Shown: positions 1 to 12,215 of the stretch, piece by piece | Position numbering within the stretch: position 1 is the first letter of the stretch | Layout of the letters: the number at the start of each line of letters is the position of its first letter | Translations under genes and position numbers: made by a program | Assembly (NCBI RefSeq): GCF_039654945.1 | Contig: NW_027361766.1 | Span: 35,898,001 to 35,962,000 of the forward strand | Source of the DNA: Dendrobates tinctorius | Taxonomy: Eukaryota | Direction: 5' to 3' | Length of the DNA: 64,000 bases | Notes under the pieces: model-generated | What the model saw: only the letters and a program-made list of their open reading frames with translations | What the model was told of the DNA's origin: nothing | Database searches by the model: none

Positions 1-2091
1 AACAGACCGTTACCACCCTATATTGTCCACCAACATATCTGTCCTCGCGGCACTATTGTGCATGCTGTGTATACCAACTCCCTGCATAGAGAAAGCATTG
101 TTAATCCTTTTGTTCCATTCTATCTATCAAAACACTGATTAACACTTGCTTTGCCTCCTGCTCATCACTTCATCCTATGCGCCTTCTAGTATCTCACAGT
201 GGGAGCAGATGAGGGCCATAGATAGCTGATCTACTACAAGAAAGTATCACTGTCAGCGGTGTCACATAAGACAAATAAGGCGGTAACCACGATGGCAAAG
301 CTTTGACCCTCTCCATAAATGTTTCCTTTTGGTCAGTACTGTGGGTGTTTACTTTTTTCTCCCTATGATGCTGCCTTTTTATGATTGGACAACATGATAG
401 CATGTTGAAAGTTCAAGCCCTCAGAGCTGAACAAAGTGAAACGCCCAGTTGAATGAGAAAATTAGCATATTTGGCTCCAGTAATTTTGGTGCCCTGTATC
501 TTTATAATAAAGTGGAGAAAAAAAAGAAAAACAGTGTAAGCTACTTTTATGCTACTATGTGCAAGATTTGTAAGGTCACAATTTGTGAAAATCCTCTTTA
601 ACTGAACCCATAGGCTGTAGTGATTGGTAAGTTACTGCAAATCTGTCATTACGCAAGTAGAAAGTAATTTTACTAAAGCCTTACATCTCCTTAGGGTACA
701 TGAGATGATTATTAGAGTAAATGCATGCTGGGTGGATCTCTGACCTCTAAATGTATTCTGTTCTCTCTTGTTCTAAAGCAAATCACAATAGACATGTGCA
801 ATGGGCATAATGACCAAAAATTTGTCCTAAAGCAAAAAAGTACAGTGCGGGTTTGTGAAAGAGTTAACCAGTGGACTCTATTATTACAGATAAAAAATTA
901 TGGAAGCCTAGGGCTGTGGCTTGATCACAGACAACTCAAGCATGTTGTATCCTGTGTGCATTCCTGAGCTAGAAGCAAGCCTGTACAACATAGGGAAAAT
1001 TCCAACCTCAGTACATCCCCAGGAGGTAGTGTGCAGACACATAGCTGATTTGAAGGTGCTCGCTCAGGTATCCATCTTGCTGTGAGTTCACAGGGCCGCC
1101 CTACAAAAATAAATACGGTAGAGCGACTGTTAGGAGTCTGAGGTTGAAGAGGTTACGATGTTGAACAAAACACAATATTGCAATATTCATTTGTAAGGCA
1201 CTTTCAACTATCTTGCTCAAATATCTACAAGTGTTTTTTTTATATATATATTTTTATATGCACAGTTTGCTTGAGAAGTGTATAGAAATACATTGTTTCC
1301 ATAATAATATTTTCATCTTTTGTAGTTTTTCAAGTATTCTATTGCAGAATGCCAGTCTTGGCTGGTAGCCCGTTTGCAATAGTAAAACACTGTGTGACAG
1401 CCGGAGCATCAACACTCTGTCTGTCATATTACGAAGCATGACTTGGCCTCCATATAACTACACAAACTGATCATATTATTTGACTGTTCTAGGAAAATTC
1501 TTAAATATCTCCTTGCCAAATGGCACTTAATTCTAAACTACATGGATTAGGAAATGCTCAGAAGCCTGCCATATTGCTGCTGAGAAGCTGGAAAACCAGC
1601 AAGGCAGGACATTATATTAGCACTTTCAACGTGTGCCAAATTGACATATTGTACATGTAAATTTAGATCCTGGGGTCTACATCTAAAATGTCAGGCATTT
1701 CGCAAAGGGTGTTTCATGCACGTTGCATCAGAAATGGTAAAACCTTTTGCTACATCCATCTGCTCAGATAGGGTAGAAAGAGAATTAGCTAGTATTCACA
1801 GGTTTGTCCTTATCGGAGTTACACAAGATTCTCAGTATCTGTCCTAATTCTTTTGAATTAAAGCTGTTCACTATTGGACACTCCACAATTAACACTCAAG
1901 GTGCAGCATATATTAAAAAAAACTCTATACATACCTCCCAGACTGGCACCATTACTCCAATCTCAGCTTTGTGTCTCTATCTGTTCACCTGATAAAATGC
2001 TTCGTAGTTGTATAAAATTTTCTTATATATTTAGTCTTTTTTTTACACACTAAAGGCTTTTCTAGTCTTTTGAAAACTACTGAGAAGTACC

Positions 2092-2716
2092 TGTTTCGTA
2101 GATACTGCAACAGAGAGGGGCCAGAAGGCCTTGGTTTCTGGTTTCACACATTCCTGCACTGGTTAGGAGTAATTGCCAGCAGTGCAAGGGTTTGTCTGTT
2201 GAAGCTCGTGGAGGTTTCCAACTGAGATTGTCTCAACTGTTCAGTGTGGGCCACTTGCCTCTGGCACTTAAGGATTGCCAATGTTAGTTCTTACTGCATG
2301 GTTTGGAGTTGGAGGTGTAGTTTGTGGTTGGAGGTGGTGTTTGTAAACTTTTCAGGATATTTTTACATGGAGTTTTGTCTGTGTGCACATACTCATCCTC
2401 TCCTATTTAGTTTCTCCTTCCTTTAACTCCCCTGTGTCCCATTCAGTTGTTTAGTGTGCGTATTTTGTAGGGTTGGTATTTTCTTTTATCCCTGTCCGTA
2501 TTCCCTTGTTTGTCTGGTTAGTGTGTTCCTATACACTTCAGCTTCTCACTACCCTTGGTGTGGGATGAAACAATTGAGGGTAGATATAGGAGCATAGCAA
2601 GGCATGACAACCTGCTGTTTCCACTTTCAAGAGTAGTCCTGGGAACAGGAATAGACCAGGGTGCCCCTAGCTATAGAGACCTAGTTAGCACCCAAGGTCC
2701 CAACACCTGCCTGACA
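2092..2716. mobile_element. Solo LTR (Ty3/Gypsy-like), 625 bp
   Basis: TG...TGACA ends flanked by a perfect 5-bp TSD GTACC (2087-2091, 2717-2721); no internal coding sequence. Confidence 0.75.
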
Positions 2717-3531
2717 GTACCTTTATGTTTCTCAATGCTACTATAATTCAAAAATAGAGATGACTATATAAATCTATATTGTTGGTGATTACAAAGTTAT
2801 AAGAAAGTTTGTAATATATATTATCAGAGAAATATGTTTCTTTCTCAACTTCTGAGTCACTTCTGCTCGTCTTTTCTCCCTCCTGAACTCATTATACACT
2901 GTGAAGTACAGCTCACTTCCATCTTGTCTAAGCCAAAAAGGACAGCCACGTCACTGAGAAATCAGATTACAGCTGCTTATTGAAGTTTATGGAGGAGTAA
3001 GGAGGGGCAGAGTAAGAGAAGCAGAAAGACAGAGTGTACTGTTGCTTTCAAGTATGTGTTGCACCATCCCAGAGAAAGATTCACAGCTACAGTGCTGATT
3101 AGTACAGTTGCATTGTGCCCTCCTGTGTATGGCTTTTTCCTACTGTGTTCTAATTTACCTAGACAGGACAGCAAGAATCACAGGTTTCGCTGTATTCTGA
3201 GTATAGAAAACATCATAACGTCTGGCTTCCAGTCATCAGCTTGATGATAGCTGAAATTATATCCTGCAGGGCTCAAAGTTTTTAAGAAATGAAGGGAGCA
3301 AGATACATTTGCATATATATAAGCATAAAATAAAAGAAAACTAATACATCACTGTTCACTTATCCAGCTGCCCCTTCTATACACTATCTGTCCTCTGTTC
3401 TTTCCACCGTCGCAGTCCACATCTCCAGCCTCTTCACTCTATGCAGGGACTTCTGGTTGTAACCGTACCGACACAGTGAACATTTTCATGTCATAACATT
3501 ACAACATACATCGAAACATTGCAACGCACTG

Positions 3532-3562
<31 letters not shown>

Positions 3563-3563
<1 letters not shown>

Positions 3564-3993
3564 GGTATCCTTGTAGAAGAAAGGTCGCACTCATCGGGAT
3601 AAATCCTTCAAATTTATTGACACATGTTACATGTCATAGTCGGGAGGGTGACATTTAGAGTACAAAAAAACTGACAGCGGCAGTTTTGCGCTGCTCAAGT
3701 GCTTCAACGGGGCAGCGTGACCCGCTGAAGCCCTTGAGCAGCGCGAAACGGCCGTTATCAGTATTTTTGCACTCTATATATCACACTCCCGTCTATGACA
3801 TGTAACATGTGTCAATAAATTTGGAGGATTTATCCCGATGAGTGCAACCTTTCTTCTACAAGGATACCAAGTTGTGATTTCTTCGAAGTCAAGTACCCGG
3901 GATCCCTGGTTGTTGGCTTACTGATTGCCGCACATCACCAACACGTTCATGGTAAAAGCAGTGCCGTCCGCGGTTTCTTCTTTGTTGTAGTTG
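3563..3993. mobile_element. Penelope-like element remnant: ~150-bp-arm inverted repeat plus tail, inserted in (TA)n
   Basis: 3563-~3711 is the imperfect reverse complement of 3721-3869. The right arm contains a hammerhead-like YTGAAG..GCGCGAAACGGCCGT motif and AATAAA. (TA)n tracts lie on both sides (~3545-3562, ~3994-4023). The PLE assignment is inferred from this architecture. Confidence 0.6.
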
Positions 3994-6900
3994 ATATATA
4001 TATATATATATATATGTATATATGTCAGAAATAATGATACTCCGATACTCCACATGTAGTAGACAACTGACAGCTTGCGCCAAAAACAGCCTCCAGAGTT
4101 GACAGCTAGACTTTAAAGTAACAAACATGATGATAGGTTACTACCTTCAGTTTATTTGTGTTCTTTATTCTATAACACATGGCATGAAGGAGTGAAGCTT
4201 TCAGTAGGTAATTTTTTGCTATTATTTAGTAATTATTTCTTCTTACACAATTTAATAATGTTACCTGCACATTCTTCCACTTAATATCCTCTGCAAATGT
4301 CATCTTTTCTTCTTACGAAAAAAAAAATCAACAAACCTAGTGCTCTATCTTTTGGATGAGATGAAGCACCGATGCGTATCCTTTAGTATTTTTTCCGAAA
4401 AGGTTTATTGGAAGTGTGAATTGAATGGGATCAGAGTAGATTGGATTGCAGACTGGATGCTGCACAATATCATTCAGAGATGGTTTTATAGAGCAGGGAT
4501 TAAAGACAAAATTGCACCAGGCAGCACAGATATTGAAATGCACAGCGTTGGGAACAATATCTGCTTTCTCTTTTGTTGTGGCAACGACCTACATCTCTCT
4601 GGCACATATCTCAAAGTAATGGCCAGTTCTATGTCTGTAGATATTAGCAGGAAGACGTTTTCTATCAGAATCACTGAATAGCAGACGTACCTCAGCCATT
4701 AGCTCTATCAAGCAGATCAGAAGCATACTAGATTCTACTGCCTTTTTGATTGTACAGGATATAATGCAACAACAGATTTATTGATGTACAATATCAAGAT
4801 TGAAGTTGTGCAATAAAGGAACAAAACTGCCTTTGAATAGACAGAGATCAGTAAAATTGTTTTTATATATAAAATCAATCGTTTAGGGGTTAGTCCTACT
4901 GGCAGAAGAAAAATTCTATTCAATTCTATATAACCAAGCACTGAAGAAAGTGTCTGCAATATAATAGCACATCGGGGTAACTAGTCTTATCAACTGAAAA
5001 TTGTGGACACAAAAAGCAAGGTTACAGTTAAAGGTTTCTCTTTAAAGACACTTTTGTATAGAAATTTGCTTAAACAAAAAGATTTTCCTTTATTTTCTTC
5101 AAAGAACAATGTCGTCGTACAATCTAAATTAGTTTAGCTCATAATTTTGAGTAGAGATACCTGATGACTTCAATACACTCTAAGGCCTCTTTTACAAGTC
5201 AGTGGCTCCGGTACGTGTAGTGACAATTTTATCACGTATCGGAGACACTGACACAGGTAGACCCATTCAAATTAATGGGTCTATGCACATGTCAGCCTGT
5301 TTTCACGGACCGTGTGTCCGTGTGCAAAATACGATGACATGTCCTTTTTTGTGCGACAGCACGGATCACACGGACCCATACAAGTCAATGGGTCCGTGTA
5401 AACACGTACCGCACACGGATGCTGTCCGTGTGCGGTCCATGTGCATATTTCAAAATATAGGGTTAAAGTTGAAGCCAATTGTATCAATACTAGCCAGGTG
5501 TCTAGACATTGCCTGCGAAAAAGTTTGCTCACAGTCTGGACAGCATTTTTTGGAGTGAGGTGAAGTTGGACTCTTCTCACAGTGGTTGGATGTTTGAAGT
5601 GTGGTCATTTTTCAAAAAATTATGCCCCCCCCCCCCGTGTGGACACAGAACAGCTAATACGTCTGGTGGAGTAACATCCCGAACATTAGGACACTCGATT
5701 CGACGGATACCATGACAGGCTGGCCATAGAACTTGCTTGGTTCGCTGAAGCTGAACAGCTCTACCCCAGACCTGGTTGGTCCACATATTCACCAGCCAAG
5801 GAGGCAAAGTATAGTAAGTTACCCCATAGATGTTCCTTTTTAACAATCAATTTCAAAAATTGTTCAAGATGTAAAGAATGACATGGTGATTTATATTTGC
5901 AAGGTTACATGTCTAACCAAAACACACATTAGCTGATGTGTTTTTTGCATTTGTATGTATTATCATATATATTACATTTATTCATAGGCTTATAGTAGGA
6001 TACCTCTATTAAATCTACTAATTCATCATTAACCATGCTTGGTTAAAATTTCAAAAGCATGCAGTGTGTGTCTGTGGCAGTATTTTTGGGGTGCTCAGTA
6101 GTTTCATGGCTGTCCCCAATTTTTTTGTAGGGATAATACATTTTAAAAATAAACCATTTACCTTGCTAAATCAAGGGGTACTTGTCAGACATGTGTTAAG
6201 AATGTGAAGTTTTGCAATGTTCCATGGCCTAACAAATGTGTTAGATCATATTTTACAGTCTGTACTGTATAAAACCATATCTGTACAGATGTCTCACATT
6301 TTTGGGGCTTAGGCCTAACTAGGCTGGCATATTTTGCAATGTGTTAATTTCCTGAGAGAAAATTAAACCAAATTTTTGCCATGCAAGTGTAAATGACGTT
6401 GTTTAAATTAGAACGTGATCGCCAATGACTTAGTTTACATATAAGGATCTTCATGTGCTTCCTGCTATTATTAACCACCCATACACAATATATAGAAAAA
6501 AAACACCCTTTCAAGGTTTGTATTTCACATTTTGTGGTTGACCCACTACTGAATCTGTCTGAGTGTGCTAAATTGAATATTTTGCCTTAATTCTTGACAC
6601 CACACAAAATGTTTTACACACTGCAAGCCCTTACAAATGTCTGCTGGTAATTGTTTATTGTGTTTGTGTTGGTGGAAACACCCCAAGTCTTGCAGGCTAT
6701 GTTGTTTCTATCCGGATTTTAGACATGGTCATGGTGAACAAACATCACATTTTGGGCATGGATGAAAGTGGTCACACACTTCTTAGTCTTAATGTCAAGG
6801 ACAAAATTTTTTTTGAAATTTTTTTTTTAAGGCATCATGATCCTAAAACAAAAACTTAGAAATAGAGCATAGTTGAAACTATTCTGTTGTTATTTAATTA

Positions 6901-7902
6901 ATATTTTAATGTTGGCCTTTATGTAATTTTTATTTTTTTAACACTTTCCCAACAGTTGATTTAGTCAAATGGCGTTGGTGCTCAGCGAGGGACCAGTTCA
7001 GGTGTGAATTTAATCCCCTCCCCTCCACCTCCGGTGCTTCCAAGAAGAGGCAATATGTTTACTACCGCAATTTAGCTTTCCTAAGGCCAATCATGGAGCT
7101 CAATCCGTAAGTGACTTTGTCTTTTTTCCAAAACATTATAACCTTACTACAACAGTGTTTTTATTGAAAATAATTCTTTACATAAATGTGTAAAAAGCTA
7201 TAAAAAAGAATTGTGGACCAATAGTTCGATTACATAAAGAATGTCCAAATTTTCGACATACACACGTGGATACTTTATGTTAAAATTTGAATATTTTACG
7301 TAGTCAACACCTACCTTCGTATGTTGTCACAAATTAGAACAATGTAACTAGTTTGTTGATTTAGTGTTTGTTGTAAATAATTTATATTTATGCCACAATA
7401 TCTTTTCTCCTAGGACGTATGACAACCTGGATGACTCTGATGATTCGCCCACCCCAGACAGATCATTGGCATGTATCTCAGCATCTGAGACCAAACCCCC
7501 AGGTGACCCCACTCCACCAACACAGCCTGAACCGATGTGTGATGCCAGTGAAGCCGCCACTGATGCTGCTCAGAGAAGCACACAACAATCTGGCGAAACA
7601 ACATCACAAGCAGCAACCCCAGCGCCACAGGCAGCATCAACATCATCAGCCCCAGCAACACAGGCAGGATCAACATCATCAGCCCCAGAACCACAGGCAG
7701 GATCAACAGCCCATGTCCCTTGCTATCTTGCCCACACTCTCAGAGATCGATGAACTAGGCGACATGAAGACACACGAATATTGCCTGAGCTCATTAATGC
7801 GCGAGTTTTATCCACCATTAATTCCCTGACACCAGAATATTCAGTTGAGTGGTTTTGTAGGTCCCTCTCCCCTGCCTAGCCAACGTTCCTGATGAATGGC
7901 AG

Positions 7903-9948
7903 TGGGTCGCCCTCCCAGGGCCGTTGGGTACTCGGTACTGGGCCGGTGTCAGGGGAGTGTGTCACAGCAGTGGTGACCCGGTCCATGGCCCTGGGTGCCC
8001 AAGTAATGGGGGAAATGTAGTTAATGGAGTGGAATAGTTTGTGACGCCCCCTGTGGTGCTCGGCAAGGGAGGTGTTAAGCTGACGCTGCAGACAGATCCT
8101 CTGGGACAGATGGTGTGCTGCAGCAGTGATGGTATAGCCCTCCACAGGCAGGGGTGATGTCCCAGGGAAGTGTAGTTGTAATGGTTGTGGAAATGCACAG
8201 GCAGTGTAAAAGATGGTACCCAGATGTAGCGGTGCTGAGTGGGTTGGCGCAAGAATGAATGGAGGACACTGAGGCTTGCAGTTCCAAAGCTTTATGCACA
8301 GTCTGCGGTACACAAGGGTGCCTGCCTCCGGGCCGTGTCCTCCGGGTCACAGACTCAGCCAACCTCCAGGCCAGATGGAAAGCTCCTTTCCAACACTCCG
8401 CCAACATGTACCTTTCCTGAACACCTTGTGTGTCGGAACGCGTGGGTTTCCTTATGCCACCTGATGGGCTGCCTGTCTGACTGCTGACTGGGATGACTGG
8501 GTGACAGGATTCTGATACTTACCCTGACAGGGAAATGGTGATGTATAGCTATACTTTAATCAGGGCTAGTGCATCTCTCAGTACTTCACCTTTGATCTGC
8601 TAGAGCCACTGACTATTAGGATTAAACATATTCTTTGTGTGGTCATTTATTCAGGTATTATGCTTGATATGATATTACACTCTACCTGAGTATACTATAA
8701 CCACTGTGTATCAGGTTTTGCTCTACATAACCTATGGTCTTACCTAAATGGAACAACCAGCAGCATACTACTACTAAATAGTAATTTATATGTGATTTGT
8801 ATATTGTACAGGCAGTTGGTGGACATATTGTGGACTATGGGACCTCTTGTCTGCTATAGTCCCTTGCTTTGTTTTTAAATGTTTTTACTGTGTGTGGTGT
8901 TTCATGACCTGATGTACAATAAAAATTTATGATTTTTTCACAATTACTAGTTATTAGTGTGGTGATCCTAAATTATTTCTTTGCATAGTCTTTCATCTAT
9001 TTAGAATCCAAAGCTTTATGCACAGTCTGCGGTACACAAGGGTGCCTGCCTCCGGGCCGTGTCCTCCGGGTCACAGACTCAGCCAACCTCCAGGCCAGAT
9101 GGAAAGCTCCTTTCCAACACTCCGCCAACATGTACCTTTCCTGAACAACTCCTCTATTGCACCTTAAAGTGTGAAGATCTCCAGTACCGTGGTACTCTGG
9201 AGTTCCTCCTGTCAGATGTTCACAAGAACTCTACTCATATGGCAGACAGCTGAAGCCTACTTCGGGGACTCCCTTCTACTGAGTCCCAGCTCTCTATCCA
9301 TGTTGCTGTTGTGCCCCAAGTCTTAGATGGGAGTAGTGCATTTACAGCCAACTACTCTACCGGTGTCTGCTGCAGAACCATAAGTGTCCATACAACCTCG
9401 GGGACCGGGCCCCGGCCTTGCGCTGAGAACCTATAGGCAGGGTTCCTCTTCCAACCCACGTCTCCTCTCTGTTCTCCTACTCCTTCGTTCCGTACTGATC
9501 CTTCTCTCTCTTATGGAAGCTTAGGTTGCAGTTCTACATCTTTCTCCTTCTTTCCCTTTCCCTTGCCAGCTGGCTCAGATCACTGAGGCAGCTGCAGCAC
9601 TCCTTCCTCCATCCCTCCTTCCAGGAATCCCCACTCCTCCCGAGTGGCTTCCTTCCTCACTGACCTTCTGTCAGACTGAACCCGTAATCCTACACTTTCC
9701 CACTCTTTTATATATCTCAACTCCACCCACCTCCCAGCACATCCAGTGTTCCAAGCAGGGAACCACCTGAGGTGCTCTGCTATTCTCTAAGCACTGAGCC
9801 GCAATGTGGTTGTGCAGAACTACCCTGTTGTGTGGGGTGCGAGTGTTTGAGCGTGGAAAGGCGTTCCCACCTTACCTGGATGGTGGGGCACTACACCATA
9901 GGAGAAGGTGCAGTACCACTGTGGCGACTGAGCCTCAGGGGCACCACA
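7903..9948. mobile_element. Large solo LTR-like insertion with 4-bp TSD
   Basis: TGGGTCGCCC...GGGGCACCACA ends; TSD GCAG at 7899-7902 and 9949-9952. Removing it restores the Harbinger reading frame. Confidence 0.75.
8424..9006 (+). mobile_element. Probable Penelope-like element 3' fragment flanked by a 141-bp direct duplication
   Basis: Starts near CGGAACGCGTGGG (hammerhead GAAACGCGT-like) and has an AT-rich tail with AATAAA. 8283-8423 is repeated at 9007-9147. Confidence 0.5.
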
Positions 9949-10169
9949 GCAGGAACGTGTACGGGCTGCTATATTGACTCTCATTGCTGCTTGCCAGGGA
10001 GAGCAGAAACCCAACCATGTTCTAGGGCCCATTGAACAATGGCAAAATGGCCAGCTTACAACGCAATTGGCATTTGACACCAACATTAGAGATGGGCAAA
10101 ATGTTGGAGTACTATCCTCACGGGCCGAACCTATCACAGCAACACAACAAGCTGAGAGCATGGCTGCAT

Positions 10170-10640
10170 CCGTTTCTGTGCCTCCAACTCCTGCCTCTAG
10201 ACAACATTCAGGTCAAATGTCCGCCATTATTCTGTGCCTCCAGCTCCTGCCTCTAGCCAACATAAGGTAAAATGTCCGGCCCTTATTCGGGACCTCCAGC
10301 TCCTGCCTCTAGCTAACATTATGGGCCAATGTCCGGCCCTTATTGTGGCCCTTCAGGTCCTGCCTCTAGCCAACATTATGGGCCAATGTCCGGCCCTTAT
10401 TCTCGTCCTCCAGCTCCTGCCTCTAGCTAATATTATGGGACAATGTCCAGCCCTTATTCTGGCCCTCCTGCTCCTGCCTCTAGCCAACACTATAGGCCAA
10501 AGTCCGGCCCTAATTCTGTGCCTCCTGCTCCTGCCTCTAGCCAACATTATGGCCAAATGGCCAGCCATTCTTCTGTGTCTTTAGCTCCTGCCTCAAGACA
10601 TTCTTCTCAAAAAATGTCTGGCACTTTTTTGGTTCCTCCT
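10170..10640 (+). repeat. 57-bp coding minisatellite (~8 copies, 19-aa unit PPAPASSQHYGxMSGPxSx) in the Harbinger MADF gene
   Basis: Repeated CCAGCTCCTGCCTCTAGCCAACATTATGG.. units; 19-aa periodicity is visible in ORFs 10234 and 10443. Confidence 0.85.
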
Positions 10641-12113
10641 TCCCGTGCATCCAGACATCATTATGGCCAAGTGTCTGCCCCCACCAGCACCTACAGCCAA
10701 CAATCTGAAAACATTGCTTCCATCATGTCTGTGGGGGATAGTATTGCTGTTAGTTTTGCCCATCCACAGCCCTATGCTCTACCATCAAGGCAGCAGACAC
10801 CTGTGTTTGACCATTTTGTTACACAAAGCCATCTGACAAGAGGTGAAAATAGTACATCACAATCCTATGTCAGCCAGATTTCTGAGTCAGAAAGTACTTC
10901 AGTTCAACAACAACATGTTCAGTCCTCCTTTTTGGGAGTGTCTTTGGAAACCCAACCTTATCCACCATCTCCATCAGTTTCTCCTACAATGTTCACATCC
11001 ACACCTCATCAAATACCAACTCTCCAGGGCCAAATGTCTACAGGTCAAATGGGCACACACTCAGCCAGCCCAGAACGTGAAAGAGCACTCAATCCCAGCG
11101 ACGAGTCTTTCTCTAGTCAGAGTGATTTAGTTGATTTGTAAATAATCTTGCTAAATATGTAGAGTACCCAAAAAAGGCAGACAGCACACCATTCTAAAAA
11201 ATTATAAAGTTGTTTTGTTTTAATAGGCCATCACATTGATTTTTGGCTCATGTTGAGCCTTTTATTATCTGTAATTATTTGGATATTGGCCTAAAGGTTT
11301 TGTATATATCTGGCCTTGCACCCTTTTTTTGGGTTGGGGTTTTGGAGGTGATGATCTTTTGTTGTATTGTAAGCTAAATACATAGCTTTGTATGTTTTAC
11401 TTTTGGAATATAAAACACATTTTGAAGACATATGTTGGAAACAAAAACAAATAACTTGGTTAATTGTTCATATGTGTTTTGTTTTTAATTTACAAATAAA
11501 TATTTTGCATCAAACAGTCATCCAAACATTCACATTTAGTACATAGTTTATTGTGTTAAAAAGAAAATGTAATGGCACACAGCAATTGCTAACAATGTAG
11601 ACATAACAGATCATCTTTATTAAAAGTGTGTAAGTCTTGTTCACATGGCCAACAACATACATTACTTGAAATATACTATAATTAAAGAAGGTACAATCAT
11701 GGGCACACATTTTTTTCCCACTTTGTCATACTGTTACTTAGAGCTCATTCACACTGTAGTGTAAACTTGTGAAATGGAACCCAAATCCAAATGTATTGGC
11801 ATTTACACCTATGTTGCTCTATGATAGTGTGTGAATGTATTATTTAGCTAGCTTGCATTGGCTTATGATCTGACTGAAAATAAATGGCAGCATGCTGCAA
11901 TAGTAATTTTAAAGAACATGACAACACACAATAGAACTCCATGGCTCAACCAAATTCAACAATCCAACACTTATATTAGACGAGTGCTGTTGGTATTGGA
12001 CACACCAATTGCATTGTCAAAGGTGCAAAATCATGTGCCGCATATAGCAAGCACAATGACAGGTTGAAATATCAATGAGATATATGTATGTATTGTAAGT
12101 GTATACATACAAT

Positions 12114-12150
<37 letters not shown>

Positions 12151-12202
12151 GAGAGAGAGCAAGATATATATATATATATATATATATACTGTATATATAT
12201 AT
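12114..12202. repeat. Compound (TA)n(GA)n(TA)n microsatellite
   Basis: Directly visible in the sequence. Confidence 0.95.
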
Positions 12203-12215
12203 GAGCCAAATATAT

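Larger units (their letters stand above)
5622..11141 (+). pseudogene. Harbinger Myb/SANT-like (MADF) DNA-binding protein gene with BESS-like motif; 3 exons (5622-5813, 6956-7106, 7414-11141), exon 3 split by a solo LTR
   Basis: Exon 1 reads VDTEQLIRLVE*HPEH*DTRFDGYHDRLAIELAW. Exon 2 reads DLVKWRWCSARDQFR...SGASKKRQYVYYRNLAFLRPIMEL (MADF pattern). GT-AG introns are in compatible phases (1, then 2). BESS-like FCRSLSP..VPDEWQ|ERVRAAILTLIAAC rejoins across 7903-9952. Stops and frameshifts are present. Confidence 0.8.

Noticed and set aside
4340-4681. 113-aa + strand ORF as a gene
   Set aside because: No recognisable domain, GTG start and no supporting structure.
4486-4700. XK-related (XKR5-like) coding exon suggested by YSVILIENVFLLISTD
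   Set aside because: The similarity is short and recalled from memory, the frame is bounded by stops, and downstream residues and splice sites do not support it.
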